From positions 182 to 64,181 of the forward strand of contig MNRP01000056.1 of the NCBI GenBank assembly GCA_001916005.1: DNA of 64,000 nucleotides. The letters run 5' to 3'. The stretch comes from Clostridium sp. 26_22 (lineage in GTDB: Bacteria > Bacillota > Clostridia > TANB77 > CAG-508). Of the stretch, positions 58,657 through 64,000 are shown piece after piece; within the stretch, counting starts at the first letter, position 1; the number at the start of each line of letters is the position of its first letter. Under the pieces are notes generated by a model. That model was given only the letters and a program-made list of their open reading frames with translations, made no database searches and was not told the origin of the DNA. The position numbers and the translations under genes were made by a program.

Positions 58657-60168
58657 CTAATAGTTAAATTCATAAACTTCATTAGAAGTTAAATCTATAT
58701 ATTTTAATATTTCTTTTGCTTTATTTTTTGACAAATTAAATTCTTGCCATTTCATATTTTTGTTTTGATAATATTTTTTATTCCCTTTTAAATAAATTTT
58801 AGCTTCTCTTTTTATATCATTTAAACGTGTTTGTGCTGTTATTGATAATCCTTCTGGGCTTTGATTTAAGATTTTTATTTTTTCTTTTATTGCATCTGTA
58901 CCAGTTGAATTCATTATATAATATACATCTAATTTTTTATTTTCCATATCATTTAAATATCTATTTATATTTTTTGAAGCTATTATTGAATCTATATTTA
59001 TTAGATTTAAAATAACATACATAATTACTATTATTTCTAATGATATCTTGAAGGTATTTAGATTTTTTCCTAATAAATTCATTGTTACTGGTATTAATAT
59101 TAAAATTTCTGTAGCTAAAACAAAATATACAAATAATCTTAAATATGTGTAACCATAAGCTTGTTCATATAAGTACATTCTAAATATTGCTGATATTATT
59201 ATTACCAAAGTAAATACTATCATTGTTATTTTTAATATTGTGTTTAACTTTTCTTTTTGCTCTACTTTTCCTATTTTTAATATTCCAAAATTTATTAATG
59301 ACACCATCATTAATTGGAAAAATCCTGTTCTTGCATATTGGGCATAATCAAAGTCTGCTGTTTTTCCTGCATTTATAAATAAATATTTAAATTGTATAAC
59401 ACTAAAAATTAAATATATTAGATTTAGTGATACTAATATTGTGTTTTGGGTAAATGTGCTTATTTTTTGAGTTTTGTCTTTTTCTGTTCTTGTTTCTTGC
59501 TTTTTTTCTTCATTTATAAACATTAATATAAAACCTGAAATGTAGAAAAAGTTAAATATAATCCAAATAATTCTCCAAAAAATATCTGCAGCTGTTACAC
59601 TTGAAAAAAGCTTAGAAAAATAATTTGGAATCTCATGAAATATATTTTCAAATACACTATCTGCTTCTGATAATAGTGAAATTACAATTAAAAGAAGTGG
59701 AACGGCTATTATTAAAGATTTTAATAATTTTTTTATAAATACTATTTTTTCATTTTGTTTTTCTTCTTTTATTTTTTCTTTTACTTTTACTGTCCCTAAT
59801 ACTTTTTTAAAATTAGAAAATGGTTTAAATATCTTTGATACCACATTTCTTATAAATCTAGTCTCAGATAATTGTGTTTCTGTCATGTCCATACACATTA
59901 TAATTATCAAGGCTAATATTATTGGTATATTCAATCCTTGAAATAATGTATTGTTAAATATAAAGTAAGTTAAACTTAATAATATAATTGGTATGCACCA
60001 ACAAATTCCTTTTTTGTTTTTTATTTTTTGTGATTGTTTTAAATTAAAATATATTACTAGTAATGTTGGAACTACGAATAATACAACTGATATTCCTGGC
60101 TCTCTATGCCAAAAAAGTATTGACATTAATATACTTAGTAATAAACTGCTATATAACATTTTTTTCAT
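58657..60168 (-). CDS. DUF4153-like polytopic membrane protein
   Basis: About 500 aa with many TM helices. Commonly found upstream of DUF2975/HTH pairs. Confidence 0.55.
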   Translation of the reverse strand: MKKMLYSSLLLSILMSILFWHREPGISVVLFVVPTLLVIYFNLKQSQKIKNKKGICWCIPIILLSLTYFIFNNTLFQGLNIPIILALIIIMCMDMTETQLSETRFIRNVVSKIFKPFSNFKKVLGTVKVKEKIKEEKQNEKIVFIKKLLKSLIIAVPLLLIVISLLSEADSVFENIFHEIPNYFSKLFSSVTAADIFWRIIWIIFNFFYISGFILMFINEEKKQETRTEKDKTQKISTFTQNTILVSLNLIYLIFSVIQFKYLFINAGKTADFDYAQYARTGFFQLMMVSLINFGILKIGKVEQKEKLNTILKITMIVFTLVIIISAIFRMYLYEQAYGYTYLRLFVYFVLATEILILIPVTMNLLGKNLNTFKISLEIIVIMYVILNLINIDSIIASKNINRYLNDMENKKLDVYYIMNSTGTDAIKEKIKILNQSPEGLSITAQTRLNDIKREAKIYLKGNKKYYQNKNMKWQEFNLSKNKAKEILKYIDLTSNEVYEFNY

Positions 60169-60256
60169 ATAATGCATCTCCTTTTCTTTTGCATCAGTTT
60201 ATATCATTAATTATTATTTGTCAATACTTTTTTATTGTTTTTCGATACTTTTAATA

Positions 60257-60293
60257 TAAAAAATCTGGTACCGAAATAATTTCGATACCAGAT
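60257..60293 (-). terminator. intrinsic terminator
   Basis: 15-bp stem AUCUGGUA.CGAAAU (one mismatch) followed by U6. Confidence 0.6.
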
Positions 60294-60337
60294 GAAAGTT
60301 TATGAGTAATCTATGATGCTATATATAATGGTTCAAT

Positions 60338-60679
60338 TTATATATAATAAACAACTATTCCAAATAATATTAAAAAATTTCCTATAATTTTCTTTTTAGT
60401 AATCTTTTCACCTAAAAACAAGTTACTTAAAATCATAACAAATATATATCCTAAAGATTCAATAATTGGTTGATTTTTGTATTGTACACCTTTCAACCCT
60501 AACACAACTAGAATTGTCGAAATTACCATTAATCCATAGCCTAATATTACATAAACATTAAAATATTCCCTAAATATTGAATTGTATTTTTTAGAAGCAC
60601 TTTTCTTTAAAATTATTTGGGAAATTGAACTTACTAAAACTGCTAAAATTAATAAAATTACATATTTATTCATCTTCAC
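60338..60679 (-). CDS. small EamA/SMR-like 4-TM protein (ArnE/ArnF-type flippase subunit-like)
   Basis: 113 aa, 4 TM helices. Paired and overlapping with a second similar gene. Confidence 0.55.
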   Translation of the reverse strand: MKMNKYVILLILAVLVSSISQIILKKSASKKYNSIFREYFNVYVILGYGLMVISTILVVLGLKGVQYKNQPIIESLGYIFVMILSNLFLGEKITKKKIIGNFLILFGIVVYYI

Positions 60680-61025
60680 TATTTACTATAATTGTTCCTA
60701 CTATTACAATTATTACTCCTATTATATTTTTTATTGTTATTGTGTCATTAAAAATTAATATTGCCCAGATTATTGACCATAATAAACCCATGGCTTTGTT
60801 TGCATATGCAACTGAAATATCAAATTTTTTTATTAATTGTTGCCATATTATTGCATATAGTCCTAATATTACCATTTCAATTCCATAAAACAATATAAAT
60901 TCAAAAGATAGAAATTCTTGTCCTGATGCAAATTTTGCAAATACTGTTGATAAAGTATATATTGCAATAACTAACTGAAGTATAAATATATCCTTAATTT
61001 TTGCTTTTTTCTTTTCTGTTTCCAT
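60666..61025 (-). CDS. small EamA/SMR-like 4-TM protein (ArnE/ArnF-type flippase subunit-like)
   Basis: 119 aa, 4 TM helices. Confidence 0.55.
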   Translation of the reverse strand: METEKKKAKIKDIFILQLVIAIYTLSTVFAKFASGQEFLSFEFILFYGIEMVILGLYAIIWQQLIKKFDISVAYANKAMGLLWSIIWAILIFNDTITIKNIIGVIIVIVGTIIVNSEDE

Positions 61026-61037
61026 TAGTTTTCCTTT

Positions 61038-62153
61038 CTAAAAAGATAAAATATAATATCCATATCTTGTTGAACTATCTATAATTTTATGAGAATTTAT
61101 TTTTTCTATTGGGCTTTCATAATAAATATAATCTGGATGTTCTTGTTTTATTTTATCTAATTCTTTTATATCATCTTCTGTAAAAATAAATTTTATAGTT
61201 GCTTTTTTAGGTTCTGTAACTTTTTTAAAATCTGGTTTGTTACCAAGAGCTACATCTATTACCATTTTTAAAAAATCATAACCTGTAGAAATCTGTACCA
61301 AATCCGAACCTATACAATCTCCACCCATTCTTGCTCCTATTTCTATAATTTTTACATCTCCGTTAGGTGTAATTTTAAATTCTGAATGTGCTGCTCCATT
61401 TTCAATCTTCAAACTTTTCAAGCCTTCAAAAATCTCTTTTTTTACCTTTTCTATCATGTCTTTATCAAGTTCAGCTGGTTGAATATGTCCTGTCTCAATA
61501 AAATGTGGTGCTCCAGTTGTTTGCTTTCTAGTTATTGCTAATAATGTATGTTCTCCTCTATATGAAATTGTTTCTGCACTAAATTCTGGTCCTTCTATAA
61601 ATTCTTCTACTATAGCCTCTTTTTCAAAAGAAACATCTATTGCATCATTAATTGCTTTATTTATTTTTTCAATATCACTCGATTTTTCAATCTTTGTTAT
61701 TGCTCTACTACCAGATCTGTCTGTAGGCTTTATTATTATTGGAAATTTCATATTTTTAATCTCAGAAATATCATTGCTATCTTTTAATTCTATAAATTTA
61801 GGAACAGATACACCATACTTTTTAAATGCATTCCTCATTTCAAATTTATTTGTAGATATTTTTGTACATTCTAAACTATTTCCTGTAAGCCCTAATTTTT
61901 CTGTTAAATAATTTACTGTTATTGTTGCTAAGTCAGATGCAACTGAAAGCACAGCATCTGGCTTAATCTCTTTGCATTTTTCTAATATTTCTTCTTTTTC
62001 TACTATACTTATAGGATAAAAGTAATCTGCATATTTAGCTCCAACAGCTCCCTCTTTCCAGGCAAATACGTGTGTTTCATATCCTAAAGCTTTTGCCTTT
62101 TTTATTAAAGGCATTTGAAAATTATTTGCTCCTATTATTACAACTTTTTTCAT
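61038..62153 (-). CDS. ATP-grasp domain protein
   Basis: 371 aa. Pre-ATP-grasp Rossmann start (KKVVIIGAN) and an ATP-grasp core (IIKPTDRSGSR, EEFIEG, EIGARMGGD). Confidence 0.75.
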   Translation of the reverse strand: MKKVVIIGANNFQMPLIKKAKALGYETHVFAWKEGAVGAKYADYFYPISIVEKEEILEKCKEIKPDAVLSVASDLATITVNYLTEKLGLTGNSLECTKISTNKFEMRNAFKKYGVSVPKFIELKDSNDISEIKNMKFPIIIKPTDRSGSRAITKIEKSSDIEKINKAINDAIDVSFEKEAIVEEFIEGPEFSAETISYRGEHTLLAITRKQTTGAPHFIETGHIQPAELDKDMIEKVKKEIFEGLKSLKIENGAAHSEFKITPNGDVKIIEIGARMGGDCIGSDLVQISTGYDFLKMVIDVALGNKPDFKKVTEPKKATIKFIFTEDDIKELDKIKQEHPDYIYYESPIEKINSHKIIDSSTRYGYYILSF

Positions 62154-62180
62154 TTTTCTTTTCCTTTTCTATTAGAGAAT

Positions 62181-63308
62181 CTATTTATAAAATTCTCTTA
62201 TTTCTTTTATTACTACATCTTGGTCAGCTTTTGTAATTCCATAATACATTGGAAGTCTTATTAATTTTTCGCTTTCTAATGTTGTATATTTATCTTCTCC
62301 ATTAAATTTTCCAAACTTTTTTCCAGCAGGCGAATTATGTAATGGAATATAATGAAAGACCGCTTGTACACCATTATCTTTTAAATATTTTATCAATTTT
62401 GCTCTTTCTTCTAAACTTCTAGTTTTAAAATAAAACATATGTGCATTATGTTTACTATAATCTGGTACAAATTGTAATGTAATTTTTCCTTTTTCTTCTA
62501 AATCCTGTAAATTTTCTTTATAATAATTCCAAGCCTCTAATCTTTCCTCATTTATTTTTTCAGCCATCTTTAGTTGAGGGTATAAATATGCACAATTTAG
62601 TTCACTTGGTAAATATGATGAACCATAATCAACCCATGTATATTTATCGATTTCTCCTCTAAAAAATTTGTTTCTATTTGTTCCCTTTTCTCTTATTATT
62701 TCTGCTCTTTCTATTAATTTAGGATCATTTATTGATATTGCTCCACCTTCACCCATACTGTAATTTTTTGTTTCATGAAAACTATAGCATCCAATATCTC
62801 CAATTGTTCCAAGATATTTTTCTTTATATTTTGCCATAAATCCTTGTGCAGCATCTTCTACAACTTTCAAATTGTATTTTTTTGATATCTCCATTATTTT
62901 GTCCATATCAGGTGAAATTCCAGCATAATGAACTACTACAATAGCTTTTGTTTTTGGTGTTATTGCTTTTTCAATTTCATTTTCATCTATATTCATCGTT
63001 TTTGGATTAACATCAACAAAAATCACTTTTGCTCCAACCATTACAAAGGCATCTGCTGTTGATACAAATGTATATGATGGCATTATAACTTCATCTCCTG
63101 GTTTTATATCTAATAAAATAGCCGCCATCTCTAATGCAGATGTACATGATGTTGTTAATAAAATTTTAGGTGAATTAAATTTTTCTTCCATCCATTCACT
63201 ACATTTTTTTGTAAATTCTCCATCTCCACATATTTTTCTTTTATTTATTGCCTCTTTTATGCATTCTATAGATTCATCTATAAAAATTGGTACATTAAAT
63301 CCTATCAT
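62181..63308 (-). CDS. DegT/DnrJ/EryC1/StrS family sugar aminotransferase (WecE-like)
   Basis: 375 aa with the PLP-lysine context SFHETKN. Confidence 0.85.
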   Translation of the reverse strand: MIGFNVPIFIDESIECIKEAINKRKICGDGEFTKKCSEWMEEKFNSPKILLTTSCTSALEMAAILLDIKPGDEVIMPSYTFVSTADAFVMVGAKVIFVDVNPKTMNIDENEIEKAITPKTKAIVVVHYAGISPDMDKIMEISKKYNLKVVEDAAQGFMAKYKEKYLGTIGDIGCYSFHETKNYSMGEGGAISINDPKLIERAEIIREKGTNRNKFFRGEIDKYTWVDYGSSYLPSELNCAYLYPQLKMAEKINEERLEAWNYYKENLQDLEEKGKITLQFVPDYSKHNAHMFYFKTRSLEERAKLIKYLKDNGVQAVFHYIPLHNSPAGKKFGKFNGEDKYTTLESEKLIRLPMYYGITKADQDVVIKEIREFYK

Positions 63309-63324
63309 TTTATTTTCCCCTTTT

Positions 63325-63999
63325 CTATTTATATCTTGGAATTATATATCCAAATAATGCCCTCATTGATATAACAATTATTAATAACATTATAACTAAA
63401 ACAATGCATTTTCTAATTTTTTCAGATTTTACAAACTTTTCTAATATTTTTTGTATTCCATTTACTATAAAATATGTAAATGGAATTATTATTCCCATTA
63501 TATACCTGCCTTGAGGTTGGAAATCACTAGTATATGAATAATAAATGCTTAAAATTATTGGAATTATTATTGATAATATAAATATATAATTTAATAAATA
63601 TTTATTTTTTTCTTCTTTATTATATATAAACAAATCTTTAAATTTCATTAAACACCCAATTATTCCAATTATCCAAATTAAAAAATATGAATAATATATT
63701 TTGTTTGACATTATCATAGAATTATAACCAAATATTCCTACAAAACTTTTTAATGTTACATTTATCCATTTGTCTTTTGTTAACATATTAATAATTGATT
63801 CGTTTTTTCTTTGAACTGTGAGTCTTGTTGATGGTTTATATTCTTCACTAGCATATTTATCTCCACATTCGTTTTGAGCATTAATTCCTAAAAAATCTCC
63901 ATTATAAATTATTGCATTTCTTATAAACCACCATCCAGCTACTAAAAATGCCATAATTGCTACTATTAGTACTTTTTGAATTATTTGTTTTGTTTTCAT
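63325..63999 (-). CDS. C-terminal part of a GT-C (ArnT/PMT-like, family 39/83) glycosyltransferase; 5' end probably beyond the window
   Basis: Polytopic C-terminal region. The ORF runs to the window edge. Confidence 0.45.
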   Translation of the reverse strand: MKTKQIIQKVLIVAIMAFLVAGWWFIRNAIIYNGDFLGINAQNECGDKYASEEYKPSTRLTVQRKNESIINMLTKDKWINVTLKSFVGIFGYNSMIMSNKIYYSYFLIWIIGIIGCLMKFKDLFIYNKEEKNKYLLNYIFILSIIIPIILSIYYSYTSDFQPQGRYIMGIIIPFTYFIVNGIQKILEKFVKSEKIRKCIVLVIMLLIIVISMRALFGYIIPRYK

Positions 64000-64000
64000 T

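Noticed and set aside
1-64000. Alternative genetic code (TGA as Trp), considered because of the extreme AT content
   Set aside because: Long ORFs of expected family length are obtained with the standard code. Trp is encoded by TGG in conserved motifs, and TGA terminates ORFs at expected positions (for example 14752).
1-64000. CRISPR arrays, rRNA/tRNA genes, IS elements or integrases
   Set aside because: No regularly spaced direct repeats, no conserved RNA-gene motifs, and no transposase or integrase-like ORFs were seen on either strand.

Overview
Very AT-rich (about three-quarters A+T by eye) chromosomal segment from a low-GC Bacillota (Clostridia/Erysipelotrichia-like) bacterium. It holds about 65 protein-coding genes, and all except asnB are on the minus strand. 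No rRNA, tRNA, CRISPR array or intact mobile element was seen. The content mixes housekeeping genes (asnB, cysE, ptsI, fruK, yebC, mgtA, addA, rRNA methyltransferases, peptidases) with envelope and accessory functions: a BlaI/BlaR1-like pair beside a PBP2a-like transpeptidase and a two-component system, FtsX-type and ABC-2 transporters, an L,D-transpeptidase/M14 peptidase pair, a pseudopilin-like LamG protein, and an ArnT-like/aminotransferase/ATP-grasp/flippase cluster. Isolated accessory genes include RhuM, RusA, a HipA-like kinase, GIY-YIG and a 5-hmdU-DNA-kinase-like gene. Many genes are interrupted or are relics (fruA, ptsH, def, rumA, addA, HAD and NT5C fragments). This indicates either reductive gene decay or, for the homopolymer cases, assembly error. 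The items most worth follow-up are: (1) an unannotated type I toxin-antitoxin-like module at 19.18-19.53 kb (37-aa hydrophobic peptide, sequestered SD, convergent sRNA, 5'/3' fold-back repeats); (2) a conserved four-segment translational-switch-like leader upstream of two unrelated genes 17 kb apart (4.16-4.24 kb and 21.28-21.35 kb); (3) an orphan homolog of phage DNA-hypermodification kinases next to a divergent Ham1 NTPase; (4) a 117-bp segment flanked by near-identical palindromes, carrying an outward-facing promoter, upstream of the pilin-like surface protein gene (candidate invertible switch). All functional calls come from motif recognition by eye, not from database searches.
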